Of a stretch of DNA of 64,000 nt, positions 1 to 14,911 are shown piece after piece. Source of the DNA: Octopus vulgaris (lineage: Eukaryota); the NCBI GenBank assembly GCA_951406725.2, contig OX597831.1:59954001-60018000 (forward strand), written 5' to 3'. Both the position numbers and the translations under genes were made by a program. The notes beneath the pieces were generated by a model, which was not told where the DNA came from, made no database searches, and worked only from the letters and a program-made list of their open reading frames with translations. Within the stretch, counting starts at the first letter, position 1; each line of letters starts with the position of its first letter.

Positions 1-1861
1 AAATTAAAACATTTAAAGTAAGCTCATGTTTTACTGCTTTCTTTCTACTGACATAAATTAAATAGGCTTCATTACCACTGACTACTGCAACTAAATTACA
101 ATAACATTAATACTGCATATATATGCTAATGTTTAGTTTGAAATTGGTATAGTTGTGTGTTTACATGCTGTAAAAGTAGAGAGTTACGCGGGACTCGTTT
201 CACATGTTAACTTCATGTACTGAAGCAGAATCGTATTCCAGGTCATATATCACTAGCTGCTTGCTTTCGATGAATATAATATGGGTTTAACTAACTCAAC
301 TTCGCATGAGCTGATCTATTCTATTCTACGTGGATGCAGCTAATAAACAGGAACATTTGATCTATGTTACAAATTATTGCTAAGAATACTTTAGCGAAAG
401 ATATGTTCTTGCAGAATATATGTGGTCTTCCCAAACATGCATTATGAGATGTAGAGAGTTTAATGAATGAACTGTTTTCTTCAGTAATACTGATTAAATA
501 ATACGGATACTACTCTGGGAATATAAGTAACAGCACACAATTTCTATTTAGTTTAGGTTACTAAAGTTCTTTGAACACTAATGTTTGAGAGAAAATAGCT
601 CAAAGGTTAGGGATGAAAATTTACAAATGATGTTCAACTAGTTTTATGTGGCTTAGCTGAAGAGAAATTAATTTCCCTATGGATAAGCTTATTGCATTGC
701 ACGCAAAAGTGTAGCTGCGTATTTCTAACCAGTTTGGTGAATTTATGCTTGTAGATTAAAAATTTCTTCTCAAAATCGTAATGAATTGCACCGCCTTGAT
801 TTGAGTTTACAGTTTATAATCAAACGGCCTTCACCATAAAATAACTAAAAACCTAATGGAATTTCAGATACCAATGATTAAATAACATTCCTTAACACTT
901 GATCATAGTTACGCTAAAAACATTACTTTTTTATTGCATTCAAGTACATCACAATCGGTGCAAGTCTAAAGCATAAAATACGTGTACAAAAAAATCTAAA
1001 ACGTTAGGTTGAATACTATGTTATCGGTAATCAAATATGATATGATTTAATATTCGTGAGTGTCAACAATTCCTGTAACAGTGTTGAATCCACTCGAATT
1101 GGAACAGAAAGAAAATATGTAAATATATTGCATGGGTATTAAAAGTTTGAACTCAACAAATCATACGGAATGCTTAGACATAGTGTTGAATGGGACAACT
1201 TCAAACAAGAGCCACATCAGACCTAAACTTTATATATATATATATATATGGAAATTTACGAGAAATGTAATTTTTCTCAAACATTGATATACGTGGAAAA
1301 AAATCATTCTTAAAGAACAGTGTCCGTCCTAATGTTTCTAATGTCGAAAATCCAAGTCGATTGTAAGGAGGGGTCGATAGACAAAATCTATTCTCAAAGA
1401 TATACATGTATATGTTTCAGTATGCCCTTCTATATACTTATTGATGGTCGCAGTCAAACGACTGAAATACAAGAATAAAAGATTATACATACATAGGAAA
1501 TAATGTTTAGATGCCAGAAACACATGCTCTATCTTGAAACCTGTTCCTATGTCATTTATGTTTTATCTTAATGTGTGTCTGTAAGCTAACTTAGCTTAGC
1601 TTATGCTTATCTTATAACTGTCTTTTGCTGTTGATACTGTAGAATGTTCTAGTACAATGAGTTTTCTCCTTAGACGTCTATGCTCAGTTATTGATAAAAT
1701 GATAATGTGATAATATTAGCCAGGAATCATAAACTAGAATAACTCAAAATTACTGGGATTAATCTGGTCTTCGAAGCTTCGTGCTATTACGCAATTCCAT
1801 AATTATTGTGCATTTAAATTTAGAGGCGAACCTGAGAGAATCCTTATCACTACAGGCAAAA

Positions 1862-1995
1862 TAATTGGAGGCGTTTCGTCTGTCTTTATGCCCCGAATTG
1901 AAATCCCACAAAGTTAGATTTGCTGTTTCTCCCTTTTGGTGTCGGGAAAATATAGTATAAGATAAGTCCTCTCCCTCGAAATTCTCGCTCCGGTC
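1862..1995 (+). mobile_element. Degenerate SINE (same family as 42054-42286)
   Basis: gcgtttcgtctgtctttatg...gttagatttgctgtttctcccttttggtgtcgg aligns by eye with atttcgtctgcgttacg...gtcgactttgcctttcatcctttcggggtcg at 42105-42177. Confidence 0.5.
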
Positions 1996-2947
1996 GAAAA
2001 TTCTAAACGAGTATTATGCATTTTTATTGGTTGTTTTCAGTTTTACGAATGATATCTCTATAAACCTGTTGCTCACAGCTGCAAGATATTATTTTGAACT
2101 TTAAACAGCAGAACTCTCATGTAAATAAGCTTTAGTTCCATAAAATGCCTAAGGTGATATACGCCGTTATCTTAGATATCATCTCTTTTAGTTAGAATGA
2201 AGATAAGTGATATGGATCGCAGATAAATCAGAGTGTGCATGTAAGTATTGAAATCTTTTTGAGTAATTTTATCTCTGAAAATCCCATTAGGTTTTAATCG
2301 CATTATCCCTATCTTCAGCTATTTACTATTTTCTATATTTATTCTTCTTTTGGTAATATTAATGTATAACGCTTATGACTGGCTGCATAAGAAATATAAA
2401 TGCCCCTATTTTACATAGTAGTTTAATATGTAAACACTAAATTTAATATGTTAATGTTGGATGTACTGCTGTTGCACTAATTCAAAGTAAATATTTCATT
2501 TTCATATCAGCGTACATATGAAAACGTTTGCTTCCTTTACGTGTTACGTCTTCATAGCATCATACATATTAGAAACATTACATTTTCGATGGACCTATTT
2601 CTGAAATGTCATTAGAACAACTGTAAAAATACGTCAATGGTTTAAATAATAAGAGGAGCATTTTACAGATCAGTCAACTCATGCAGTTAATTTGTATCAG
2701 TTGATTATTAGCCTTCTACTCTGTATAGTTTATAAAACTCACGTTCTTTCAAAAACTCCAAAACAATATTTGGCAATATATGTACAATTTTATTCAAAAT
2801 ATTTTCTGTGTAAGTGTCATGAAGAAGTGAAATTGAGGCTATCGACTCATTGAACGTACATTCAAAACTGAATTGTATATGATATATCGTTATTAGTTAA
2901 CATGAGGATAGACATAAAAACCTGTTCGCCGTCCTATATGTATATGC

Positions 2948-2985
<38 letters not shown>

Positions 2986-3139
2986 GAAAGAAGGATTGAA
3001 AATGCAATTTAAAAGTTGTTTATTTACTTTACCGGTTTCACTCTTTGGAAAAATATTGTCAAAAGCAACATGTAGAAATTTGGTTGCGTTAATTATTGGT
3101 TGTTACAAATCGCTACATTACATATATACAGTTAAGGAC

Positions 3140-3141
<2 letters not shown>

Positions 3142-3202
<61 letters not shown>

Positions 3203-3206
3203 TATA

Positions 3207-3248
<42 letters not shown>
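3142..3248. repeat. Compound (TA)n(TG)n microsatellite
   Basis: Directly visible. Confidence 0.97.
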
Positions 3249-3252
<4 letters not shown>

Positions 3253-3519
3253 AACATCATGGTAATGATGTTGATTATGATATTGTATGCAATATTTCAT
3301 TACATACAATTTTTTTAAACGTATTATTTCAATATTTGTTGATTTCGGGAAAGAAGAGAATAGTAGATGATGGTTTGGTTCAATTGAATAAACAGCAATG
3401 TGAAACATCTAAAAGAAGGAAGTTTCTCATGGCACACATTTTAAAAAATGGCTTACGCTTAAAAAATTGCTCATCTTCACATTAGAGCATTTCTCTCCAA
3501 CGTTTCTATTTCTTTTATT

Positions 3520-3615
3520 GGTTTTATTTTAACTGTTTCAGCCACTATCATGCGGCAACCTCGGTGCACCTCCTTGAAGGATTTTAGTCAAAAGTATCCA
3601 CTCAAATAACTGGGG
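3520..3615 (-). mobile_element. Degenerate SINE 3' tail
   Basis: tgtttcagccactatcatgcggcaacctcggtgcacctccttgaagg resembles the tail at 18005-18060 and 44010-44055. Confidence 0.55.
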
Positions 3616-3647
3616 TTTGCTAAGATTATTTAGAGTGTTAAATTCTC

Positions 3648-3870
3648 TATCATCGTCAATATCATCACCACGATTTTCATTATAATATATGTTACATTGC
3701 TTCTAGTATCCGTCGTCACCATCAACACCTTCCTCATGTTCGCTAGCATTACCATCATTAAAATTTACATCATCTACCTCGTCATCATTATCACCACCAC
3801 CACCAACACCAACAGCAACACCACAAACACCACCAACACCAACACCACCATAACTGTCATTATAATTATA
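3648..3870. repeat. (CAT)/(CAC) trinucleotide low-complexity tract
   Basis: Directly visible. Confidence 0.85.
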
Positions 3871-4304
3871 ACAGCATATATAATGAGGAAAAGTGCTGTC
3901 TTTCCCAATGGTTCCTTCTGGTAGAAATGATATTCGATTTTATTGCTATCTGTTTAGATTCATATACAGAAAAATTTCCGTGTACTGAAAGTTTAAATTA
4001 TTAGTAGATTTACATTTGTTTAGTTGCACCTCTTTAATTTTTTTAATTTTAGTTGTTGACATTTTGACCTTCGGGTGAAAGAGATGTGATACGTGATTCG
4101 ACACTGAACACTCATACAAAAATAATCAATGTTTTTTATTTTATTTTATTCATTGCTACAATAATACCCACTATTTTCATTTATTCGCTGTGAAAATTAA
4201 ATTGCCGAAATCAAGGAGAAAGTAAATCGTCTATATTTTGTTAACATAACAGTATTGGCACGTATTCTGTCAACAAATATGTATTCATCCATACAGCCAT
4301 ATAG

Positions 4305-4580
<276 letters not shown>

Positions 4581-5810
4581 TGTATTTAGCCATTATTGGC
4601 ACGCTGTCTGAATATATCCCAATTTAAATATAAGAAATATTTGATCTTTAGTAGGAATAGCAATCAAACACGTTCTTTTGTACCATATACAATTTTATAT
4701 TCTGATGATTTCTTTCCAGCGTTGGTCCAATATTAACTGGAAAGACATCTATTACATATCTATTTTTTTCCTTTTTTTTTTATCTCATTGAGAAAGATAT
4801 TATTTTCTCTTTAATTTTTCTCCGAAACTTGTAGTTTCTTCTTCCACTGTAAATAAGTAGGTTCTGGAATTTGGATTACAGCAACGCGGAGTGTAACACA
4901 TCTCCTGTTTGGAATTTGTAGAATCTCGATTGCCATACGGATTGTAAATGTAGAGTTTATGTTTACTCTAGGTGCCTCGAAATCATGAGTTTATTATAGA
5001 ACCGTTCAAACATATATTAGCATGAGCAAATGAAATTTTTTGGTATTTATATGTGTCTATGTATATGCATATATATAGGAATGTGTGTGTGTTTAATTTC
5101 TTTACAAATGGGAACACGCAATTCATAAGAAGTAGTACAATTCGATGGGTTGTCATATCATCTTTCGTTCTGATATTGTGGGGTTATAGACATCATTTGT
5201 TACGCTGTCAGGAATTTTACTGCTAAGCCATAAATCTTGATTTGAATAATATATCAATGTTTATGACACACTATCCACCGTTTTATATCGCTGACTATCA
5301 GAGCAAATGTTGGAATATGACTAACATTGTGTGAAAAATCATCCTGTGTTGCAAAACATCTCACCCCATCCACGCTAGAAAGTGCGGAAATATCTTTGAG
5401 GCAGCAGTTGAGACACGTCATTAGATGACATAATTAAAAATGTTCTTTGAATGCAAACTTACAAAAATACACAAACACCATCCCTCACGTAAAAACAAAA
5501 CTAACAAGCACACATGTATATTAGGGAACTACTTCTGATTTTTATAATGATCGTGACTGTTACTTATTTTCATAAGTGATTTACCAACATTTTTCTGATG
5601 AGTTGCTAAAACCAATCCGATTATGGACTGACATCAGTAAATTTATATGGAACAGCGAAGACAATTTTAGATAAATTGTAGCCCTGTGCATTCTTTAAAT
5701 GTTGGATGTTTAGAAGTCCTAAAAGCACACATTGTTTCATCCGCTCCAATTTAACTGATGACCAATGTGTATTATTTATGGCATGGGAATATGGATAGGC
5801 CATAGTCTTT

Positions 5811-6200
5811 TCTGACAGGGCAGAAATTCCCTACCTCATTTTTCGAAAGAAGGGGCGCAATAGTGTCAAAGACTAGAGATCCTACTCTTCCTTTATTTCT
5901 CTTGGCTCCGACCACAGAATTGTTTCAGCTACCGTTAAGCTTAGTCTTCGCTCATGCAAAAAAGCTAAGCCTCACCCGATGAAAGCGATCGACTGGGAGG
6001 AAGTCTCGTCTAACTCCGATATGTCCAAGCAATTTACTATTGAGGCATATAACAAATTTCAATCTTTGTCTACTCCTGAAATAGATGCAGAGAACATTGA
6101 AGAAGTCTACAGCAGCCTCATCAAATCAACAGAGGAAGTTTGCACTGGCTACTCTTCCCAAAAAGAAGAGTAGGGGCCAGAGCAAACCTTCTAATTCTCT
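5811..6200 (+). pseudogene. RTE-type LINE fragment: C-terminus of apurinic endonuclease and linker
   Basis: Frame from 5811 reads SDRAEIPYLIFRKKGRNSVKD*RSYSSFISLGSDHRIVSATVKLSLR...IDWEEV...QFTIEAYNKFQSL. This matches the LINE APE end (DYILxxxRWRNSVKDxRxY...GSDHRxV). It has one stop and a frameshift near 6140. Confidence 0.85.
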
Positions 6201-8763
6201 AATGGGTAGGTCAAAGAAAGTTGATAACAAATGTATTCAAACACCTAAATGTATTTAAGGATACAACACCAATCTGTTTCCAAACAAGTAGCGTTTTATT
6301 GCACATATTTAGATTCTGAATGACAACCTAACGCAATGAATCTTTAATTGAAGTTTGCAAATATGAACTAGGCATTTAAAATCGTTTTAAAAATTAAAAT
6401 TATGCAGCAGCTGGCAAATTTGGTGACGGAACTAGACATTGAATTTTAGACAGTCATGTCTTGTCTCTTCTTTGTAATGTATCTGAATATAAATATCCTT
6501 TTTCTTTTACTTTTATTTAATTAGCTGATTTATTGTAAAAAGGCTAATTTAATTTCTAGTCATAAATCAATAAGTATTTGGACAGTAGTCAGATATTTTT
6601 AGATGTGGCTTGTCCATTTTCATTGACTGTATTATCTATTCATAAATGTATTAAAACTCAGGTAAGAATGAAAACATTAGGGATATAAAAATTAGCATCA
6701 CATACTTTGGTTATGTTTCAGATATCTAGATGAAAAAGGTTGTTTCCCTTTTCCCCCCAGAACGACTGAACTATTTCTAGTAACTAACTATTATATAATT
6801 CCACACATGCAGACACTATGATAAATATATATAGTGACAAATGTAAAACTAGACATCTTAGTCAGTATGAGAGACAATTCTGCTTAATCAAAACTGATAT
6901 CGGACGTACTTAAAGATACAATTTAAAATCTAGGAATTCGCCTTATACTTGGTGCAGTTATATATTCTAACGTATAAATCAACATTGCTCATGAATAGAA
7001 TTTAGAAGTATCGTTTAGAACATCTATATTTTTCCTACGTCACATTCCGTACCTACAGGCTCTATGTACAAAAGACTGCAGAAAATATGCACTTTAGTAC
7101 AGAGATGAGCGAAGCAATTTATTTCAGAGCTATCGGAATATATCAGAAGACTATACGTTAAATCTCCCGGTTAACATTGATGTAGGGTGTCAGAGGAGAA
7201 TCAACTTTGTTATTTTAACTTCAAGGACATTGGGCATTTTGATTTCACTAAAAACGTAACTGTGGTTGATATTACGAATGAGATTCATTGAATGCTAGTA
7301 AATGAATAAATGCTTTGATATCTATTGTAGGTAAATATTGCTAAGAATGGAACAACGATTTGGGTGAAACTGCTAGTTTCAGTTTCACTTGGTAACCCTA
7401 GCGATAATTATGATGTATATCTTAACATCTATTTGCACAGAGTCCATTGCTTTTACATTTTATACTATCATGTCACGTTGCTAGTTGAAATGATGCGTGA
7501 CTCTTAGGCATATTTCAATTCTCATATGAGGATTTATTTCCTTAATGTCCTTTGAACAACATTTATTCTGAAGGGTTAAAAGTTTTTGAATGTATATATA
7601 TGTGGTTTTCTAAAAAGCATAAATCAATTACCTCAACGCTTAGCTGCAAGACGAAAATGAATTTACTAGATTTCAAAAAGTATAAATGTAGCTCAACAGA
7701 CTGAAAATGTATGGAATTGTGTTAACAATATTTGTAGGTCATATATGATATTGATTGATAAGTAAAATAAATGAGTGTTCTAGGTTATAACGAAAAAGAG
7801 ATGTGTTTGATAAGAATTTATAAAACATACCAAATATCAATGTTTAGATTTTGTATAGAGAGCGTAATACCGTATGTGAAGTTAAGTTATTACAGCTATA
7901 GAAAAAAATATGTACTAATTTTCAGAACATCAAAACTGAAAATTGTCTACCTGAATTACTAAATAGTTTTCAATATCAGTGATGTGAAATTCTAAGCCAA
8001 TAATGTCTAAGTTACATTTTGATGTACAAATGCATTAAACTATTCCCACATATACGAAGTTCATATATCATTTCGCATAAGGTTGAAAATAAGGAACCAT
8101 TCATGTGACATAATACTCTACATATTTTCATCTAATGTAATATGAAAATTACTTCGTATTTCCTATCATCTTCTTCATTAAAATGGTCAGTTCAGCTCCA
8201 GTGAAAAAATTGTATACACTGTTATATTTCCTGATCTTCAGACGTATGTTACCATATATTTATATCTGATGGTTCCACTAAAGAGATAATTATTTCACAT
8301 TATTTTTGAATGAAGTCAAATTCGTTTATGTTGTATTTATGTTACTAGACTACCCTTGACACCATAGGTCACCTGGAAAAACTGAGTTTCCTAGCAACAC
8401 TATTTGTTTCGGTTTCTTTTTCTTTTCCAGCCTATTTCGCATGCTTTCAACGAATGTGACACCGAAATCACGTATAAACGGCTACTTTACCCAGAAAAAA
8501 GAAATATTTGGCTGCTATTTCTTGCACGAGCTGCCTGCCACCACGTAAAAGGTATTTCAGGTCCTTTATCGCAATTATCTGTTACGTGTAGCAGGGCGTT
8601 CTAGAAATAGCAACCAAACCTTTGGTGCTGAGATACGTTGAATGCTCTCAAAAAATATTAGTAATAGTATTCTCTTGGGGCGATCCTTCGCTTTGACTCG
8701 CAGACGTGTCATCCACTTCAGCTAGTTTTGTTCGTTAATTTCCGTAATGTTTTTATCATTTGC

Positions 8764-9180
8764 TTTTGTTTTAAAGTGAAAGAGAGGAGAAAATGAAAGC
8801 GGTATGAAGATTTATATGAAATGGACGTGCGTATGTGTGTTTGAGGGAGGGAGAGATTCACTTACACATACATGAGAGCACGCACGTTCACGCACTCTCT
8901 CTATCTCACATACACATGCACGCGTACATACAAAAGAGATGTACGCATATACACAGATGTATGTACGTATACACGACAGCACACCCCTTCACTCAGTCTC
9001 TCTTTCTCTCTCTTCTTTCCCTCTATTTCTCTCTTTTTCTTTCTCTCTCCTTCTTCATCTCTCTCTTACTCTCTCTCATTCTCATACCCTCTTCTCTCTC
9101 TCTCTTTCACAAACACACGTCTATTTCATACAGACGTATATACAGTTTTCACAGTCTCTTCTCTTTCATTTAAAACAAAA
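8764..9180. mobile_element. MITE-like element: ~85 bp imperfect inverted repeats around (CA)/(CT) microsatellites
   Basis: ttttgttttaaagtgaaagagaggaga...tatgaaatggacgtg (8764-) is the reverse complement of cacgtctatttcata...tctcttctctttcatttaaaacaaaa (-9180). Confidence 0.7.
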
Positions 9181-10847
9181 GTAAATAAATAAATAGTTTT
9201 TTTTTCTGGAAATGAAAGAACTCCAGGTGACAGTACTGAGATCAAAACGAAAGATCTCTATTCACTTGACAATAATTAACAAAAACATAAAAATATTATA
9301 TGTTTAAAGAAAGCTAAAATATAAATAATTACTGCACAAACAATTTACAGTTTTCAAATCACATTCTGTTTAAAATATTTCTAAATGATTAAAATATTGT
9401 GTACGTCAAAAATTTGACGTTCCTTCTTAGAGATCGCACACATTATGTATGCGTATATGTCACAGATTGCGGACGTGTGTTTGTGTTGATTGAAATGGCA
9501 TGACATTCATTATATATGTGTGTAGTCTGTATGTGCGTATGTGTGTTGATGTCAATGAAGTCATGCTTGTTTTCGTCAAGAAATAACAAACAAAAATTGT
9601 GTTTAATCGTTTTCATGAATAAATAGATGTTCAAATATCACAAAGATTTTTACTGCACTGCCGAAAGTAAGTATGAACATAAATATGCAAATATTAATTA
9701 AGATAAGATATACTATCGCTGAGCTATTTCGGGTACATATAAACATGTAAAGTTTTAGTATTATTAAGATATGTATAGAAGAAAACATAATAAACACAAT
9801 GAGACATAAGAATTAAGTTCTCCACCAAGCTAAAATTAATCACTACCTTCTAAATAATTCTTCAAACGCCTTACTACCTTGTTCAAAGACCTATTCTTCG
9901 TAAGGGAGAATCTAACAGCTTTCACATTTATGGCTGCTTGTAAGAGAAGCACGCCTCTAATCGGCAAAGTTTGTTTTAGTTAGAAATTGTATCATATTCA
10001 ACCGTACATTTGATTGCTCTCCATGAAAGAAATATATAGCTATAGCTTTCATAAACACACGGCAATATACTATACTTTCAATGAAATGGAACTGACAGCA
10101 CTAATCTTGGTGAAATATGAAAAAAATATGCTATTCCACATGTTTAGAAAATAATGATTGCAATAAACAAGAAAGAAACATTGAAGAATACAAAAAAGTT
10201 ACTATGAAGCAGGAGTTTAACTATGTGGAAAAGTCATTGTAATTTCGGAGAAGACGTATTCAGGTGTTGGGGAAAAAACACTTAGCTACTTGACAGAATA
10301 TTTATATTCAAGATCCCGTTCGTTTCCACAATTGAAATCAAGTTAATGGGACAAAATCACATATCCATTTACGCATATGACAAACAAAAAGACTGGTTTG
10401 CGCGCTCCCACACAGCTATATATACGTTTGCATATACGGATTACAGATTAATGAGTAGTTCTAAAGGGAGCTGAACATGATAAGGCCTTCAGCGATTTTT
10501 TCTGCTATAAACTACTTGCACTCTAACAAGTAATGTTTTATATATTCACCTCTGCTCCAACATTTCGTATTAGACTGCATTGCAAGGTGGTGAAGTTACT
10601 CGAGAGATAAGATATCTTTTACGTCGCAAATTCTTCTGTCTTAAAAATCGGTTGAACGCAGATGTCCTCTCACATTCACTTTCATTCAACCTTGACCGGA
10701 TAGAGGGAAAATATTCTCATCTCATTCTGAAATTGCCTTAGGAACTGAAGTAATATTCTTTAAGAGATAGAAGGCAGATTTGCCCACAAGGAACGTCGAT
10801 TCCTTCAGTGTGGCAAATACTTTGATGTGGGACATAGATTATTTAAG

Positions 10848-10891
<44 letters not shown>

Positions 10892-11527
10892 GTGTCTGTG
10901 TTAGTGCGGTGTTTGTGCGTGCGCATTAATATATATACATATATTCTGGTGATATATGTGAATATCTATTTCTGTCATTATGTATATAAGTTATTTCAAA
11001 ATAACATCCTGCAACTTTTATTTTGCTCAATGATTACCGTTATTTATCAATTTATTATTATTTTCATTTATTTTCCTGGTAACAATTAACCTAGGAAATT
11101 AATTGCGAATGTCTGAAATAATAATTATCTCTAGAACGATAGTTATTGACAACTTTAGTTACAAGACCGCCACGTTGACAAATACGATGCTCTTCAAATG
11201 ACTTGTATGTCGAAGAGATTATGCCTTGGAATAATTACATTTTAACAACAGATTCTTCTGCGAGACTGGTATATTTTTAGAAATTATATAATACATTTAA
11301 TTCTTTGTGGTCACTAGAACTACTAGAAATAGATAATCAATGTAAAATCACGCTTATTTAATGTAAGTACAGTAAGCTTAAATTAAGTGATGTTGACAGC
11401 TGAAGTCTTTAATGAAGGGGTTGACAGTTATATGTCTGTACAGAAATACACACCTAAATAACCTGTAGTTTTTCATAATTTTTGCATGAATTTTGAAACT
11501 GTACTGTCATTATTTTTTCATGATGTA

Positions 11528-11630
<103 letters not shown>

Positions 11631-11981
11631 AAATACCTGTTGTCATAGGTGCCCTGGGAATGATAGCGAAAGGGACTGATTGCTACCTAACGCAGATACC
11701 AGGAAACCCCAAAATGACAGAAATTCAAAAGATAGTGCTCATGGGAACTGCTCATATCCTACGCAAAATACTCTCTATGTAATCCCAAGGTTTAAAACAA
11801 ACTTTTTTTATTTTCATTTTTACTTTTTTTTATGTATTAGACATTCACTAGTACAACACAAAAAAAACCCCACAAAAAACCCACAAATATATGGCCCAGA
11901 ACCTCCACTCTGGTGTCTCTTGAGGTCTCTGGGTGAGACTTGGAGCCAACGTGTACAGACATAAAGCAAAAGTCAAACATA

Positions 11982-11985
<4 letters not shown>
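11631..11985 (+). mobile_element. 5'-truncated R4/Dong-like non-LTR retrotransposon (end of restriction-like endonuclease ORF plus 3' UTR) in (TAA)n
   Basis: 11633-11782 reads IPVVIGALGMIAKGTDCYLTQIPGNPKMTEIQKIVLMGTAHILRKILSM*, typical of the R4-clade C-terminus. (TAA)n lies on both sides, and TAA repeats are the known Dong target. Confidence 0.85.
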
Positions 11986-12013
<28 letters not shown>

Positions 12014-14530
12014 GTAATAATTAAATACCAAATGCTTTGTAAGGTATGTTTTTGTATCAGTGTTGTGGATGTGTATGTTTATTGTTTGTTATATTGTCGG
12101 TACTAATAGTGGCGTTAGAGTGATGGTAGTGCAGTTGTTTAGCGGTGATCGTACCTGATGCACAACCGCCGCACCTTCTGCCTTGAAATATCTTCTTTGA
12201 CTTTTTCTCGTTAAATTCGCACACCATAATTTTAATCTCTGCTGTTTCCTTACTAGTACTCTTCATACGTTCGAAAAACCGGAAGAAAAGAAAGATAGCT
12301 TTTAGGACTTCATGAATTTGTTTCTGTTTCCATTGTTGTTTTAATTATTTCTATGTATGCTTTTGCTGCTTTTTTGCGGGTTTAGTGTTAGATGTGATAC
12401 TTGTAATGTGTTGCTATTACAACTACATCCTGCATCTTTGATAGTCTATTATAATGCATATATCGTTGTCAAGGTTATAGGTGCTGCCAAGGTTGCTGTT
12501 ATTCTTCCTGCTTTTGTAACTAATTTTGCCAGTGATATCGCTGTTGTTCAGCTATCTCTTGGTACGAGATATAGCTAATGTTATCCTGCATAAGGGGTAT
12601 CGACAATAGTTATTACTTCCAGACTGTTTTCTTCAAGGGTAACACGTGTTCTCACCACATTACCCTTCAAATCACGAACAGGTGTATGCTCTTGGTAGGG
12701 AATATATTTCTGACTCACTTTATTCGTTCTGATCCAAATCTCTTTTCCTGTACCCGTGCAATAGCCTACTAGCGTCTTCCTGGGTTGCTTACACAGTACT
12801 TTTGATAATTGTTTTTTTTTTTACCCAGGACTGCATTGTGAAGTGAGAAATAACAATTCTTGGTGGGAATATTGGTTGCATTTCATTTACCCACTTGGTG
12901 GCGGAAGTAGATAAGTATGAGGACCAGTTTCTCATTTTCAGCACTACATAGAATGTTTTATGTTTTGTTTCTGTAGGAAACTATACGTTCACAGCGCCGA
13001 GAATGTTCTTTCTAGCTAAACTTAACATTGCTCATTTAATATTTTGTTTTCTTAAGATTGTTTCTCTTCGCCCACACTTGTCTCTGATAACTTAAATATT
13101 TCAGAAGGCTGATCTGTCATGACAACGTGCAACGCATTCTTGTGTAAAAGATTATATATCTGTATTCCCACCGGCGATTGAACTCGTGCCAATGAGGGTG
13201 TTATATGTAGTACTGATATGAATATTTTCTATTACAAAAAATGCGGTGCGGCTTTTGACAGTATTGATAGTACTTTATTTACTATTGTTATACGCCTATA
13301 TTTTCCCCTCTTATTAATGTTATGGTAGTAGCTGATAGCTTAACATCGGTTGTTGTGGTGGTGGTCATGTTAAAGGTGATATTCTTTTTCTTAACTTCGC
13401 TTCATCATCGAGTAGCATTTGCCATTGCTACTGTTATCGTAATTGCATTTCCGCAATGTTGTTCAGTAGTGGTGTTATTTTTAACAGATCATTGTTATTT
13501 TTGTTTGATATGTTTCCCCTCTTCGTCATACTATATATCTGCAGTATGCCGGTTGGTCTGCTTGAACTCTTCAAAATTTAAACTCTCAAATGAGAAATAT
13601 TTCGTACTTTAACAGAGTGGAACGTATACTTGCTGAAGCACACACCTATCTCTTCACTGCCTTCCACCCACCTTCAATTAACCAAGTATGAAAAAACACG
13701 TCACCCAAAATAAACTGATGTGTATACAAAACATTCGGGAATATTGTCCTATTTCAAAATGCGTGTTACATCCAGATGTTTCTTGTTGAAGATGGAGTCA
13801 AAAATCAGCTGTTGGAAACGGCAGTAAAAATAATTTCGTTTTGACAGTTATCGTGTTCCCACTTGCAGGGCATTATTTCCTTCAAGACATATTAAATCTT
13901 GCCCATAAGACTCAAGTTAAGTACTGTAGGGGGATTAACTTGCCTCGAAGCTTGCATTGTAATTGATGTAGTAATGCTCGAGCATTCGGCCAGCATCTCA
14001 AGACATATATAGGATAGGTGCAACTGTATCTACATCCATGAGAGTAAAAGTTATCAGGATGACTCTGTTGGCGCTGTCATGCTTCGGATGTAAGTGTATT
14101 ATCCAAGGACCCCAACTCGAAAGTAGTCCGGAAAAGATAGAACAGTGGCTTTTCAATGACACCCAGGATTCCCCCAGAGAACGTTTGTTCATTTAAACGC
14201 CATTAGCCATCTATTGCACGCTATGCTTAACTATCTCCACATTGCCCAACTAGAATAAGACAGAACAGAAAACACTCAGTGCCAACATCCTGCATCGATA
14301 TCTAATCCATGATTGCCGTTCGTCAAACAAACCGTAACCACACTTGCTCACCATCAATGAACTTTTGGATATGGCGTAGCCCTAGAAAATACCTACACGT
14401 CATTACCAACGGCTTTTAACTTCTTCCATACATCAGTTGTGGGAAGCAATTGTGTCGTCTGACACTTCATAAACAATGGAGGACCTATGGTCCAGTTTTG
14501 TCAGCCATGATGAAGAAGAAGCATCGACAG

Positions 14531-14603
<73 letters not shown>

Positions 14604-14728
14604 TAATAATAATAATAATGATAATGATAATAATGATAATGATAATAATAATAATGATAATAATAATGATGATAATAATGATAATGATAACGATAATGAT
14701 AATAATAATGATAATAATAATAATGATA

Positions 14729-14761
<33 letters not shown>

Positions 14762-14770
14762 CTGATAATG

Positions 14771-14849
<79 letters not shown>

Positions 14850-14876
14850 TAATGCTGATGATGATGATGATCATGG

Positions 14877-14908
<32 letters not shown>

Positions 14909-14910
14909 AT
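14531..14910. repeat. Long (AAT)n/(GAT)n mixed trinucleotide tract
   Basis: Directly visible; explains the poly-I, poly-N and poly-D ORFs. Confidence 0.97.
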
Positions 14911-14911
14911 T

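Noticed and set aside
1-960. Possible decayed transposase
   Set aside because: No recognisable motif in the frames inspected
1250-1410. Possible decayed HHR/pLTR next to (TA)n (also 16030-16150 and 56930-56970)
   Set aside because: Only a GAAAC or tail-like remnant is visible; the catalytic core and stems cannot be recovered
5595-5615. CTGATGAG hammerhead-like start
   Set aside because: No closing stem II or GAAA follows. Similar isolated cores at 657, 4702, 30236 and 34121 were rejected for the same reason.
12586-12812. Minus-strand stop-free frame of about 75 codons (VLCKQPRKTL...DTPYAG)
   Set aside because: No start codon, no convincing splice sites and no recognised domain
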